A DNA stretch of 64,000 nt from an uncultured delta proteobacterium. Its GTDB lineage: Bacteria > Myxococcota > Myxococcia > Myxococcales > Anaeromyxobacteraceae. The position numbers were made by a program, and so were the translations under genes. The notes below the pieces were generated by a model, which was given only the letters and a program-made list of their open reading frames with translations, ran no database searches and had not been told where the DNA came from. This document shows, piece by piece, positions 1 to 11,982 of the stretch; within the stretch, counting starts at the first letter, position 1; each line of letters opens with the position of its first letter. The stretch lies in NCBI GenBank assembly GCA_963757745.1, contig CAVWSG010000007.1, positions 490,932-554,931 on the forward strand. Reading direction: 5' to 3'.

Positions 1-960
1 CGGCGCCGGTGGACGGGGAGCAGCCTGCGGCGCCGCGGCCCGGCCGGGACGCGCTGCCGGGCCAGAGGCAGCGGCCACCGGAGCGCTGCGCGGCTGGGGC
101 TCCGCCGAGCGCGGCTCCTCCTGCGGTTCGGCGGGCGGCGGGTCCTCCACCGTGGAGCGCGATTCGGAGTCCGGCTCGACGGGCGGCGCCTCGGCGGGTT
201 CCGGCTCCGGCGGCGGGGCCGAGGAGATCACCTCCGGGGCGTCGACCGGGACCGGCGGGGCGCTCGCCGTGCGCTGGCGGGCGACCCGGGGCGGGTGAGC
301 GGTGAACACGTACTGGCACGTGCTGCACTGGACCGGCGCCCCCTGGGGGGGGAGCAGGGTCTCGTCCAGCTCGTACACCGTCGAGCACTTGTCGCAGCGG
401 ATCCGCACGCGTCCTCCAGCCTCAGGCGGCGGAGGATAGATCGATCCGGGCGCGGCGACCACGCTTCTCTCGCGGCCTGCGGCTCCTTTTTCGGGACGGG
501 CGGGCGGCGCCGGGCCAGGCGCGCCGCCGTCCGAGGGAGAGGCGCCGGGCGGCACACCTCCACGGGACGCCGCCGCGAGGTGGGGCCTCGCCTGCGCGAG
601 GCGGGCCGGCCCAATCCCACGGACGCGCCGCAGCTCGTCGATGGAGCGAAAAGGACCGCGCGCCAGGCGGTCGGCCACGATGGCCAAGGCGAGCCGCGGT
701 GAGAGCCCGGGCACGGTGGCGAGGTCGTCGGCCGTGGCGTCCTCGAGCGGCACCGGCCACCCCAGCGCGAGCCGCTCTCGCCCCGAGAGCGGCCTCCCCA
801 CGCCCGCGTCCGAGGCGCAGCCAATCCAGTGCCGCGGGGCCGCGCCGCGGCCCTCGGGAAAGCACGTGCGCGGCCGGGCAGGCCGGGCGGCGAGCGCGCG
901 CCAGCCGGCCGGGAGCAGCAGGAGCGCGAGGAGGAGGGCACGAGCGAGGCGCTGGGGCAC
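1..960 (-). CDS. Signal peptide + ComEA-like helix-hairpin-helix domain continuing in frame into an MJ0042-type zinc-ribbon (CxxC...CxxC) and a Pro/Ala-rich tail; 3' end runs off the window
   Basis: Manual minus-strand translation from GTG at 960. N-terminus reads VPQRLARALLLALLLLPAGWRALAA (signal-like), then LEDATADDLATVPGLSPRLALAIVADRLARGPFRSIDELRRVRGIGPARL (ComEA HhH), then with no stop RVRIRCDKCSTVYELDETLLPPRGAPVQCSTCQYVF (zinc ribbon), then a Pro-rich region to position 1. Not in the ORF track because no stop lies inside the window. Confidence 0.5.
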   Translation of the reverse strand, partial: MPQRLARALLLALLLLPAGWRALAARPARPRTCFPEGRGAAPRHWIGCASDAGVGRPLSGRERLALGWPVPLEDATADDLATVPGLSPRLALAIVADRLARGPFRSIDELRRVRGIGPARLAQARPHLAAASRGGVPPGASPSDGGAPGPAPPARPEKGAAGRERSVVAAPGSIYPPPPEAGGRVRIRCDKCSTVYELDETLLPPQGAPVQCSTCQYVFTAHPPRVARQRTASAPPVPVDAPEVISSAPPPEPEPAEAPPVEPDSESRSTVEDPPPAEPQEEPRSAEPQPRSAPVAAASGPAARPGRAAAPQAAPRPPAP

Positions 961-992
961 GCGGTCGTCCCCAGCAAATGGCGCGCCGCGAG

Positions 993-2048
993 CTACCCCC
1001 CTGCGCTCTCAGCACCCAGGGCCGCCACCGCCAGCCGCGCCGCCCGGCGGAGCCCGGCGAAGGGCAGGAGCTCCATCGCTTCGGAGAGCACGCACCAGCG
1101 GTGGGCGTCGTGCTCGTCGCCCAGGCGGGGCTCGAAGTCGTCCGCGACGCGCGCGGCGAAGGCGGTCTCCTCGGCCAGCACCGGGAAGGAGCCCGCCGGC
1201 TGGCCGCTGTGCTCCGGCTCGCGCGCGAAGCCGTGGCGGTAGCGAAGGAGCGCCACCGGCACCTCGGCGCCCGTCTCCTCCCGGAGCTCGCGCGAGGCGG
1301 CCTCGAGGTGCACCTCGCCCGGCTCGATGCGCCCGGTGACCGGCTGCCAGAAGCCGCCGCGGGCGGCGGTCCGCCGGAGGAGGAGCACCCGCCCATCGCC
1401 GCGCACCGGCACCACCGTCACCGTCCGCAGGTCGACGGGGCGCTCCTCCGGCTCCCGCTCCAGCTCCTCGGCCAGGTGGCGGGCCAGCACCGGCTCCACC
1501 TCGGCGAGGCCGGGCGCGCCCCGCTTCCGCGCCTGGAGCTCCAGGGCGAGGGTGGTCACCCCCAGCGAAGGGTCGGCGATGCCGCACGGCACGATCATCT
1601 GGAAGTGAAGCAGGTCGGGCGAGACGTTGAAGGCGAGGCCGTGGGAGGTGATCCAGCGCGAGAGGTGCACCCCCACCGCGCCGATCTTCTTCCGCCCCAC
1701 CCAGGCGCCGCGGTGCTGGCGGTGACGCCCCGCCTCCACTCCGTGATCGGCGCAGGTGCGGATCATCGCCTCCTCCAGCGCCGCCACGTAGCGGTGGACG
1801 TCGGGGCGGTCCGAGAGGTCGACGACGGGATAGGCCACGAGCTGCCCGGGGCCATGGTAGGTGACGTCGCCGCCGCGGTCGGTCTCGTGCACGCCGAAGC
1901 CCTGCTGCTCGAGGTACTGCGGCGAGGCGAGCAGGTGCCGCCGGTCGGCGGCGCGCCCCATGGTCACGGTGGGTGGATGCTCCAGCAGGAAGAGGTGGTC
2001 GGTGCCGGGCGGGTCGCCCGCGCGCACCGCCGCCCCGGCCAGCGCCAT
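993..2048 (-). CDS. lipB: Octanoyltransferase LipB with an in-frame C-terminal NUDIX hydrolase domain (apparent fusion)
   Basis: ATG at 2048. LipB motifs LLEHPPTVTMGRAADRRHLL ... DVTYHGPGQLVAYPVVDL ... RKKIGAVGVHLSRWITSHGLAFNV. The same frame continues into the NUDIX box GRIEPGEVHLEAASRELREETGAEV, with no intervening stop, as far as the stop at 993. Confidence 0.75.
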   Translation of the reverse strand: MALAGAAVRAGDPPGTDHLFLLEHPPTVTMGRAADRRHLLASPQYLEQQGFGVHETDRGGDVTYHGPGQLVAYPVVDLSDRPDVHRYVAALEEAMIRTCADHGVEAGRHRQHRGAWVGRKKIGAVGVHLSRWITSHGLAFNVSPDLLHFQMIVPCGIADPSLGVTTLALELQARKRGAPGLAEVEPVLARHLAEELEREPEERPVDLRTVTVVPVRGDGRVLLLRRTAARGGFWQPVTGRIEPGEVHLEAASRELREETGAEVPVALLRYRHGFAREPEHSGQPAGSFPVLAEETAFAARVADDFEPRLGDEHDAHRWCVLSEAMELLPFAGLRRAARLAVAALGAESAGG

Positions 2049-2104
2049 GAGGCGCAGGCCGTCCTCGTACTCGACCCGGCCCAGCCGGTGGACGGCGAGC
2101 TTCC

Positions 2105-3550
2105 TCACGCCGGCGCGGGAGCGCCGCTCGCGGCCTTCATCGGCCGCTCGGGCTTGTTGAGGGCGTGGATGGCCTCGCCCAGGGCCGCCTTGCAGGCCTC
2201 CATGAACGCCTCCGGCAAGGTGGGGTGGGCGTGCACGGTGAGCGCGACGTCCTCCACGGTGGCGCCCATCTCCAGGGCGAGCGCCGCCTCGGCGATGAGG
2301 TCGGAGGCCTCGGGCCCCACGATGGTGGCGCCGAGCAGGAGCTTCGAGGCGCGGTCCGCGACCACCTTCACGAAGCCGTCTGTGTGGGCGATGGCGATCG
2401 CCCGGCCCAGCGCCGCAAAGCCGAACTTGCCGGTGATGGGGTCGAAGCCCTGGGCTTTGGCCTGCTCCTCCGACAGTCCCACCGTCGCGACCTCGGGGTC
2501 GGTGAAGATGGCGGCGGGCATGGCCACCCAGTCGCGGGCCGACTTCTTGCCCGCGATCACCTCGGCGGCAATCTCGCCCTCCTTGGAGGCCTTGTGGGCG
2601 AGAAGGGGTGGCCCGGCCAGGTCGCCGATGCACCACACCGACGGCGCGCTGGTGGCCATGCGCTCGTCCACGGTGACGAAGCCGCGCGGCCCCACCTGCA
2701 CCCCAGCGCCCTCCAGCCCGAGCCCCGAGGTGTCGGGCTTGAAGCCGACCGAGACGAGGACCTTGTCGCAGGGAATGACGCGCTCCTCGCCGCCCACCTC
2801 GATGGTGACGGCGAGCGCGCCGTCCTTGCGGGCGAGTCCCTTGGCCTTGGCCGAGACGTGCACCTCGGCGCCGCGCCTCTCGAGCCCTTTGCGGACGAGC
2901 CGCACCGCCTCCGGATCGACCCCGGCGAGCAGGGTGGGCAGCGCCTCGACCACGATGATCTTCGAGCCGAGCTTCGCGTAGACGGTGCCGAGCTCGAGCC
3001 CGATGACGCCACCGCCGATCACCACCAGCCGCTCCGGCAGCTCGGGCAGATCGACCGCCTCGCGCGCGCTCCACACGTCCTTGCCGTCGAAGGTGAAGCC
3101 CGGGATCTGCACCGGCCGTGCGCCGGTGGCGAGCACGAAGGCCGGCGCCTCGAGGCGGAGCGGCTCGCCCTGGCCCGTCACCTCCACCGCGTTCGGCCCG
3201 GCGAAGACGGCCGTGCCCTTCACCACCTCCACGCCGTTTCCCTTCTCCAGCAGGCCCACGCCGCCCACCAGCTTCTTCACCACCTCGTCCTTGAAGGCGC
3301 GCAGCTTCCCGAGGTCCACCTTCGGCTCGGCGGTGATGCCTCGCGCCCCGGCGTGGCGCAGCTCGTCGACCAGATTGGCGGCGGCGATGAGCGCCTTGGA
3401 GGGGATGCACCCCCAGTTGAGGCAGACCCCGCCCAGCGCCTCGCGGTCGACCAGCGCCACCCTCTTGCCGAGCTGCGCCAGCCGGATGGCCGCCACATAG
3501 CCGCCTGGGCCCGCCCCGATCACCACCGCGTCGAAGGTCTTCGTCGCCAT
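2105..3550 (-). CDS. lpd: Dihydrolipoamide dehydrogenase (E3)
   Basis: MATKTFDAVVIGAGPGGYVAAIRLAQLGKRVALVDREALGGVCLNWGCIPSK (FAD-binding site and redox CxxxxC) ... C-terminal dimerisation HAHPTLPE motif. ATG at 3550 with a GGAG upstream. Confidence 0.95.
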   Translation of the reverse strand: MATKTFDAVVIGAGPGGYVAAIRLAQLGKRVALVDREALGGVCLNWGCIPSKALIAAANLVDELRHAGARGITAEPKVDLGKLRAFKDEVVKKLVGGVGLLEKGNGVEVVKGTAVFAGPNAVEVTGQGEPLRLEAPAFVLATGARPVQIPGFTFDGKDVWSAREAVDLPELPERLVVIGGGVIGLELGTVYAKLGSKIIVVEALPTLLAGVDPEAVRLVRKGLERRGAEVHVSAKAKGLARKDGALAVTIEVGGEERVIPCDKVLVSVGFKPDTSGLGLEGAGVQVGPRGFVTVDERMATSAPSVWCIGDLAGPPLLAHKASKEGEIAAEVIAGKKSARDWVAMPAAIFTDPEVATVGLSEEQAKAQGFDPITGKFGFAALGRAIAIAHTDGFVKVVADRASKLLLGATIVGPEASDLIAEAALALEMGATVEDVALTVHAHPTLPEAFMEACKAALGEAIHALNKPERPMKAASGAPAPA

Positions 3551-3647
3551 GCGCGCTCCCCGTCCAGGAGGTGAATTTTCGGGGACCGGTATAACGCCGC
3601 CACCGGGCGGGAGGGAGCGAAAAGGAGGGCGCCGGGCTCGAGGGCCC

Positions 3648-4946
3648 TCACACCAGCTCCATGAAGAGCAGGCTCGGGTCCTCCAGGTAGCCGATGACGG
3701 CATAGGCGAAGGCGGCCCCCACCTGGCCGTCGATCACCCGGTGGTCGAAGGAGAGCGAGAGGTGCATCACGTCGCGCGCGACAATCTCCCCTCCCCTCAC
3801 CACCGGCGTGGGGCGGATGCGGTGCACGCCCAGGATCGCCACCTCCGGGTGGTTGATGATGGGGGTGGCGAAGAGGCCGCCGCGCGCGCCCAGGCTGCTG
3901 ATGGTGAAGGTCGAGCCGCCCATGTCCTCGGGGCGGGCCTGGCCGGCCCGGGCGGCGCCGGCGAGGCGCTCGATCTCGCGCGCCAGCTCCAGGATCGACC
4001 GCTGCCCGGCGTCGCGCACCACCGGCACCACCAGCCCGGCCGGCGTGGCGGCGGCGATGCCGATGTGGAAGCTCTGCCTGAGCCGCAGCTCGCCCCGCGC
4101 CTCGTCGAAGGTGGCGTTGAGGAGCGGGTGGCGCCGGAGCGCCGCCACCACCGCCTTCACCAGGAAGGGCATGAAGGTGACCCTCACCCCCTCCGGCTCG
4201 GCCGCCTTCGCCACCCGCTCCTTCACCCGGGAGAGCTCCGTCACGTCCACCTGCTCCACGAAGGTGAAGTGGGCAGCGGTGCGCTTCGACTGCGCCATCC
4301 GCTCGGCCATGCGGCGCCGCACCCCGCGCAGGGGGATGACCTCGTCGCCGTGCGCGGGCGCCGCCGCCCGCTGGGCGGCCGGGGGCTCGAGGTCGCCCGC
4401 CGGCGCTCCCGCTGCGGAAGGCGTTCGCCCGCTCGAAGCGGCGTGCGCGGCCTCCACGTCACCGCGGGTGACGCGCCCCTCCGGGCCGGAGCCGCGCACG
4501 GCTCCCAGCTCCAGCCCGAGCTGCCGCGCCAGCGCGCGGACGGCGGGGGTGGCGAGCGCCGCCTTCGCCCGCGGCGGAACTTCCCGCCCGGAGTCGGGCC
4601 CTTCGCGCGATGGCTCGTCCGGGGCGGCCGCACCTCTTCCCTCGCCCTCGCCCTCGCCCTCGCCCTCGCCGGCGAGCGGCAGCGCGGGCGACTCCGCCGG
4701 GCGCTCCTCGCCATCGGCCTGCAGCGCGAGGAGCAGCAGCGGATCGTGAACCCGCGCCATCGCCCCCTCGGGCAGGTGAAGCTTCACCACCCGCCCGCGC
4801 CGGGGCGAGGGGATGGTGACGGTGGCCTTGTCGGTCATCACCTCGACGAGCGGCTGGTCCTCCTCCACCAGGTCGCAGGGCTGCACGTGCCACCTCTGGA
4901 TCTCGGCCTCCACCACGCCCTCGCCGATGTCGGGCAGGATGAGCTC
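3648..4946 (-). CDS. Dihydrolipoamide acyltransferase (E2), single lipoyl domain
   Basis: [24 protein letters not shown]...EVMTDKATV (lipoyl lysine site), a GEGEGEGEG linker, a peripheral subunit-binding domain ([33 protein letters not shown]) and a catalytic domain ending [20 protein letters not shown] before the ATG at 4946. Confidence 0.9.
   Translation of the reverse strand, partial: ELILPDIGEGVVEAEIQRWHVQPCDLVEEDQPLVEVMTDKATVTIPSPRRGRVVKLHLPEGAMARVHDPLLLLALQADGEERPAESPALPLAGEGEGEGEGEGRGAAAPDEPSREGPDSGREVPPRAKAALATPAVRALARQLGLELGAVRGSGPEGRVTRGDVEAAHAASSGRTPSAAGAPAGDLEPPAAQRAAAPAHGDEVIPLRGVRRRMAERMAQSKRTAAHFTFVEQVDVTELSRVKERVAKAAEPEGVRVTFMPFLVKAVVAALRRHPLLNATFDEARGELRLRQSFHIGIAAATPAGLVVPVVRDAGQRSILELAREIERLAGAARAGQARPEDMGGSTFTISSLGARGGLFATPIINHPEVAILGVHRIRPTPVVRGGEIVARDVMHLSLSFDHRVIDGQVGAAFAYAVIGYLEDPSLLFMELV
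4638..4670. repeat. Tandem hexanucleotide (CCCTCG)x5 encoding the Gly-Glu linker of E2
   Basis: ccctcgccctcgccctcgccctcgccctcgcc seen directly; it translates on the minus strand as [11 protein letters not shown]. Confidence 0.8.
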
Positions 4947-4980
4947 GAAAAACATGGTTCTCCTCGTCCAGGCGGCACGG

Positions 4981-5956
<976 letters not shown>

Positions 5957-5963
5957 CGCCGGC

Positions 5964-7338
5964 TCAGGCGCGCCGCGGTGCGCGGGGGTCGGCCACCCGC
6001 GGGTCGCCGGCGAGCGCGCGCCGCAGCTCCTCGAGCTGCTCGCGCTGTGCGCGCGAAGGCTCGGCGTAGACGCCCTCGAAGAGCGTCTCGGGCGGCGGCC
6101 GGGCTGGCTGCGCCTCGGCCTCGCGCACCGCCGCCATGACGCGCGCCCTCGCCTCGGCCTCCTCGCGCGCACCTTCCACCTCGGTGAGGAGCCCCCGCCG
6201 AACGAGGTGCGCGCGCAGCCGGAGGATGGGGTCCTTCTTCCGCCACGGCTCCACCAGCTCGGGCGCGCGGTAGGCGCGAGGGTCGTCGGAGGTGGAGTGG
6301 CCCTCGACGCGGTAGGTGACGAGGTCGAGCAGGGTGGGCCCCTCGCCCCGCGCCGCCCGGGCTCGGGCGCGGGCGGTCGCCTCGTGGACGGCCAGGAGGT
6401 CGTTGCCGTCCACCCGCTCGCCGTGAATTCCGTAGGCCTCGGCCTTCCGGGCGATGGAGGCGGAGGCGGTCTGCCGCTCGACGGGGAGGCTTATCGCCCA
6501 GCCGTTGTTGCGGCAGGCGAACACCACCGGCACCCGGTGGACGCCGGCCAGGTTGAGGCCGGCGTGGAAGTCGCTGCTGCTCGTCGCCCCCTCGCCGAAG
6601 TAGACCAGCGCGACCATGGCCTCGCCCCGGATGCGCGCCGCCCAGGCGGCCCCCACCGCCTGCGGGATCTGCGTGCCGATGGGAGAGCTCACCGAGCTGA
6701 AGAGGGCCGGACGCCACGCCTGGTGGCAGGGCATCTGGTGGCCCGAGCATGGCGTCGCCGGCGTTGCCGAGCAGCCCGCAGATGAAGGTCGAGAGCGGCA
6801 GGCCGCGCATGAGCGCCACGCCCTGCTCGCGGTAGCTGGGAAAGATCCAGTCGCTGGCGGCCATGGCGCTCGCTGCGCCGAAGACGGCGGCCTCCTCGCC
6901 CACCGACCCCACGTAGAAGCCGATGCGCCCCTGCCGCTGCAGCGCCACCATGCGCTCGTCGAGCGCGCGGTCGAGCACCATCCAGCGGTGGAGCTCGAGG
7001 AGCTCGCCGTCGCCGAGGAGCGAGGGGCGCAGGGCGGCGCCGTCGGCCGCCAGCCCCCGGAGGAGCGGGTAGCGCTCGTCGCCCGCCGCGTCGCTCGCGC
7101 TGGGCCCGGCCACGGGCGCCGCCGCGTCGCGGGGCTCGGCGCCGGGCGTCGCAGGCATCGGCGGAAGGCTCTCCGGCTGCGAGGGTGCCGGGGCGGCGCT
7201 GGACGTCTCGGGGCCGGAGGGCGCGCCTTCCACCCGCGCCCGCCGTGCCTCGCGGCGCGCGCTGCCGTTGGCCTCGGCCCGGACACGCGCCGCCGCCGGC
7301 CGCGGCTCGGGCGGGCTCATCCCCCGCTCATCGGGCAT
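5964..7338 (-). CDS. 2-oxoacid dehydrogenase E1 alpha subunit (TPP-binding), reading frame interrupted once (~6739-6744), long Pro/Ala-rich N-terminus
   Basis: N-terminal part ...[53 protein letters not shown]...[10 protein letters not shown]-terminal part [40 protein letters not shown]...[12 protein letters not shown] is in another frame. The ATG at 7338 overlaps the lipA stop. Confidence 0.8.
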
Positions 7339-8338
7339 GAACGCCCTCGAGCCGTGCGGTGCGCACCTCGAGCTCGCCCTTCAGGAAGAGCTCGCCGGCC
7401 CGGTAGCTCGACCGCACCAGGGGTCCGCTCGCCACGTAGCGGAAGCCGTGCTCGGCCCCCAGCTTTTCGTAGCGCCGGAAGCGCTCCGGCGAGACCCACT
7501 CGACCACCGGGAGGTGCCACTCGGAGGGGCGAAGGTATTGACCCAGCGTGAGGATTTCGACCTTGGCGGCGCGCAGGTCGCGCATGGCCTCCTCGACCTC
7601 CGCCTCCTCCTCGCCGAGCCCCACCATGAGGGACGACTTCGTCGCCACCCCGGGGAACTCCTGGCCCATGCGCGAGAGCACCTCCAGCGTCTGGTCGTAG
7701 CCGGCCCGCGCGTCGCGCACGGCCGGGGTGAGACGGCGCACCGTCTCCAGGTTGTTGGCGAAGACGTCAGGACCGGCGCGCCCCACCGCCCGCACCGCCT
7801 CGGGGTCGCCGCGGAAGTCGGGCGTGAGGACCTCCACCAGGAGCCCCGGGATCTCCTTCAGGCACACGATGGCCTCGGCGAAGTGCCCGGCGCCGCCGTC
7901 GGGGAGGTCGTCGCGGTCGACGCTCGTCACCACCACGTAGTCGAGGCCGAGCGCGCGAATGGCGTCGGCGAGGTGGCGCGGCTCCTCGGGGTCGAGCGGG
8001 GGTGGCCGGGCGGCCGTCTTCACCTGGCAGAAGCGGCAGGCGCGGGTGCAGGTGTCGCCCATGAGCATCACGGTGGCGGTGCCGCCGCCCCAGCACTCGG
8101 CGACGTTGGGGCAGTGCGCCTCGGCGCAGACGGTGTGGAGCCGCAGGGTGCCGAGCGTCTCCTTCACCCGCGCGTACCGCTCGCCTCCGGCGACGCCCAC
8201 CCTCAGCCAGGACGGTTTACGCGCAGTACGAGGCATGCCCGCAGCGCGCAGGCCCGCCAGCACCTCGGCGCGGCCGGCGGCGACAGGGGCGGCCACCGCG
8301 GGCACCACCGGAAGGCTTTTCTTCGGGATCTCGTCCAT
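7328..8338 (-). CDS. lipA: Lipoyl synthase
   Basis: [14 protein letters not shown] and CTRACRFC radical-SAM / auxiliary cluster motifs; 336 aa. Confidence 0.95.
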   Translation of the reverse strand: MDEIPKKSLPVVPAVAAPVAAGRAEVLAGLRAAGMPRTARKPSWLRVGVAGGERYARVKETLGTLRLHTVCAEAHCPNVAECWGGGTATVMLMGDTCTRACRFCQVKTAARPPPLDPEEPRHLADAIRALGLDYVVVTSVDRDDLPDGGAGHFAEAIVCLKEIPGLLVEVLTPDFRGDPEAVRAVGRAGPDVFANNLETVRRLTPAVRDARAGYDQTLEVLSRMGQEFPGVATKSSLMVGLGEEEAEVEEAMRDLRAAKVEILTLGQYLRPSEWHLPVVEWVSPERFRRYEKLGAEHGFRYVASGPLVRSSYRAGELFLKGELEVRTARLEGVHAR

Positions 8339-8506
8339 GCGCGCGACGTTTCGTATCGGCGCATCCAGAGCGGGTCAAGACGGAACGGCGCCCTCGAGCG
8401 CCCGCGGAACGGCGCGGCGCGCCAAGCATCCAGCGGGCGCCGGGCGCGCTCCGATGCGCGCCGCGACGCCCCAGGGTCTCGCGGCCTCCTGCGGAGGGAA
8501 CGACGA

Positions 8507-9868
<1,362 letters not shown>

Positions 9869-9913
9869 TCAACGCTTTTCGCGTCGAGGACCGTGCCGGA
9901 GCAGACCTGGCCG

Positions 9914-10087
9914 TCAAGCAAACTCGATGATCACCACCCCGCGGTCCCGGCCCGGCTGGGGGGTGTCGTGATCATGGTGCGAGGGCTCGGGGGGCATGGG
10001 AAGGGGAAGCTCGATGACCGGCCGCTCCTCTGGCCGCTCGCTGCGCTCCCGGCGCTTGATCTCTTCGATGATGAAGAAGTCGAGCAT
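9914..10087 (-). CDS. Small hypothetical protein (57 aa) with a His/Pro-rich C-terminus
   Basis: MLDFFIIEEIKRRERSERPEERPVIELPLPMPPEPSHHDHDTPQ...; ATG at 10087, with an alternative upstream ATG at 10150. No recognisable family. Confidence 0.3.
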   Translation of the reverse strand: MLDFFIIEEIKRRERSERPEERPVIELPLPMPPEPSHHDHDTPQPGRDRGVVIIEFA

Positions 10088-10298
10088 GTTCGCCCCGTGT
10101 GAGCCCCTACGACCCCTACACCACGACAGACTAACCCAGGAGCGCGACATTCACTCGATCGGCGCCCCCTTGCGTCGCTGCACCTCTACCTCTACCGACG
10201 TGTACTGCAATGCTGCAAGGTTCGTTCCCGAGATTCGATGACTCATCGACTCCAGATTCGGCCTCCCCCGAGTGTAATGCTCCCGGACCGAGATGCAC

Positions 10299-10754
10299 CT
10301 ACCGCTTGCGCGGTGACTCGGTGCGAGCCTTGAAAGCGGCCAGGATCTTGGGCAGGCGGATGCGCGTGAGCTCGTCGCTCACCCGGTCGACCACCACCTG
10401 CGGCACGAGCGCCGGCTTCTTCACCTGCACCTCCACGGAATAGCGCGCCCGCGTCCCCGAGCCCTCGGCCTCGAGCGCCCACGAGCCGTTCGACACCTTC
10501 ATCCAGTCGCTCTGGAGGAGCGACCACGTCACGCTCCGAGGGGGAGACTCCAGGTGGCGGTGGACGTACCGGATGGTCTTCACCCCCAGGTCCACGGTGA
10601 GCTCCACATCGACGTGGTCCCGGGTGCGCCCGGTCACGCGGCATCCCTTCACCCCGGGAACGAACTCGGGATAGCGCTCGTAGTCCGCCACCACCCGGTA
10701 GAGCTCATCCGGCGTGGCGGCGATGAAGATGTCCTCGGTGACGGTCTGGGCCAT
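10299..10754 (-). CDS. SRPBCC-family protein (polyketide cyclase / RatA / CoQ10-binding-like)
   Basis: MAQTVTEDIFIAATPDELYRVVADYERYPEFVPGVKGCRV...; ATG at 10754. Confidence 0.65.
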   Translation of the reverse strand: MAQTVTEDIFIAATPDELYRVVADYERYPEFVPGVKGCRVTGRTRDHVDVELTVDLGVKTIRYVHRHLESPPRSVTWSLLQSDWMKVSNGSWALEAEGSGTRARYSVEVQVKKPALVPQVVVDRVSDELTRIRLPKILAAFKARTESPRKR

Positions 10755-10794
10755 GGCCGGTTGCTTACGAGGCCGCGCCAGAGCGCGCCAGCGT

Positions 10795-11433
10795 TCAGGG
10801 CCGGCCGAGCGCCGCCAGCACCGGCTCGACGAGGGCGCGGCCGAGCCGCGCGTGGCCCTCGGCGTCGAGGTGGACGCCATCGAGCGGGCTCGCCGAGGTG
10901 ACGGCCCCGACGTCGAAGAACGCGCACCCCACCACCTCGGCGGCCGTCTTCACGTGCGGCGCCAGCGCGCGCGACTTCACGTCGGCACCGGCGAATCCCC
11001 ACAGGCTGGAACGGGCCTCGAACGGCCCCAGGTGCGGGGGCGACAGGAGGAGTACCCGGGGCGCGCTCTGGCCCGGGCCGGTCCTGCTCGCCATCACCGC
11101 GCGCGCCAGGGCGGCGCTGGCCCAGGCTACCTGCGGCGCCTCGCGGCGGTAGAAGCTCTTCAGGTCATTCGAGCCGAGCATGATCGCCACCAGGTCGACC
11201 GGCGCCTGCGACTCGAGACAGGGGCGCAGATAGGAGAGCCCGTTTCGGCCCGGCTCGAACGGGTCATCGAGATCGGTCGTGCGGCCGCAGAGCGCCTCCT
11301 CGATCACCTGGAAGTCCTGGGGAAGGAGCTTGCGGAGGACGCCCGGCCAGCGCACCTCCGGCGCGAGGCGCTCCATGGTGGCGGGGTCGTGACCCCAGGT
11401 GTTGGAGTCGCCGAAGCAGAGGATGGTCCTCAC
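10795..11433 (-). CDS. SGNH/GDSL hydrolase (arylesterase-like)
   Basis: VRTILCFGDSNTWGHDP (block I, GDS-N) ... MLGSNDL ... DGVHLDAEGH. GGAGG lies 5 nt before the GTG at 11433. Confidence 0.75.
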   Translation of the reverse strand: MRTILCFGDSNTWGHDPATMERLAPEVRWPGVLRKLLPQDFQVIEEALCGRTTDLDDPFEPGRNGLSYLRPCLESQAPVDLVAIMLGSNDLKSFYRREAPQVAWASAALARAVMASRTGPGQSAPRVLLLSPPHLGPFEARSSLWGFAGADVKSRALAPHVKTAAEVVGCAFFDVGAVTSASPLDGVHLDAEGHARLGRALVEPVLAALGRP

Positions 11434-11435
11434 GT

Positions 11436-11981
11436 TCACCTCCAGACGTCGATGGTCCTTCCCTTGTAGCCCGCCTCGCGGAGCACGAGGCCTCCACCCT
11501 TCCAACGGCGCGCGGCCGCCGGCCCGACCCACCAGCCCTTGGGGTCGCTCCGGCGGAAGGACTTCCGCAGCCAGTCCTGCAGCTCCTCGTAGATGGCGCG
11601 CAGCCCGCGGTGCTTCCCCTCCCGGCTCACCGGGTCGTCGGTGATGTCGAGCTCGGCCCAGATCCCTCCGGCCACCAGCTCACCATTCTCCGCGGTGAGC
11701 GACCGCTCGAGGTGGAGCACCGGCGAGGGAATCTCCTCGATGGCGAGGAGCCCCTTGTCCGGGCCGCGCTTCACCGGGTGCACCACCACCGGTCCGAGCC
11801 GCTCGGCGGCGAGGTAGTAGGCTCCGGCCACGAGGGCGGGCGGCAGCGCCTCGCCGACTGGCGGCGCCCGATAACCAGGCGGCACCAGCTCCGGGTAGAG
11901 GGTGAGCGCCTGGTGCGAGAGCGCGCGAAAGAGCGCGACCTCGTCCTCGGGCAGCGCAAAGAATCGGAGCGAAGCCGCCAT
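11436..11981 (-). CDS. Hypothetical protein
   Basis: ATG at 11981 with a GAGGTG RBS; its stop abuts the GTG of the downstream hydrolase; no family recognised. Confidence 0.45.
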   Translation of the reverse strand: MAASLRFFALPEDEVALFRALSHQALTLYPELVPPGYRAPPVGEALPPALVAGAYYLAAERLGPVVVHPVKRGPDKGLLAIEEIPSPVLHLERSLTAENGELVAGGIWAELDITDDPVSREGKHRGLRAIYEELQDWLRKSFRRSDPKGWWVGPAAARRWKGGGLVLREAGYKGRTIDVWR

Positions 11982-11982
11982 G

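Noticed and set aside
699-2981. 760-aa plus-strand ORF, and many similar long ORFs (for example 3549-5081 +, 7268-9802 +, 21794-24301 -, 24413-25855 -, 37222-39504 +, 43448-46696 +, 49124-50953 +, 55853-57580 +, 59735-61150 -, 62276-63532 -)
   Set aside because: Arg/Ala/Gly/Pro-rich low-complexity translations lying antisense to, or frame-shifted against, strongly conserved genes. These are typical open-frame artefacts of >70% GC DNA.
4638-4670. Possible CRISPR or minisatellite
   Set aside because: The 6-bp x5 tandem repeat lies inside E2 and encodes its Gly-Glu linker. There are no spacer-repeat arrays anywhere in the window.
10088-10298. Candidate small RNA in the lower-GC spacer upstream of eno
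   Set aside because: No convincing structure or conserved motif could be recognised by eye. It is more likely the promoter region of the eno operon.
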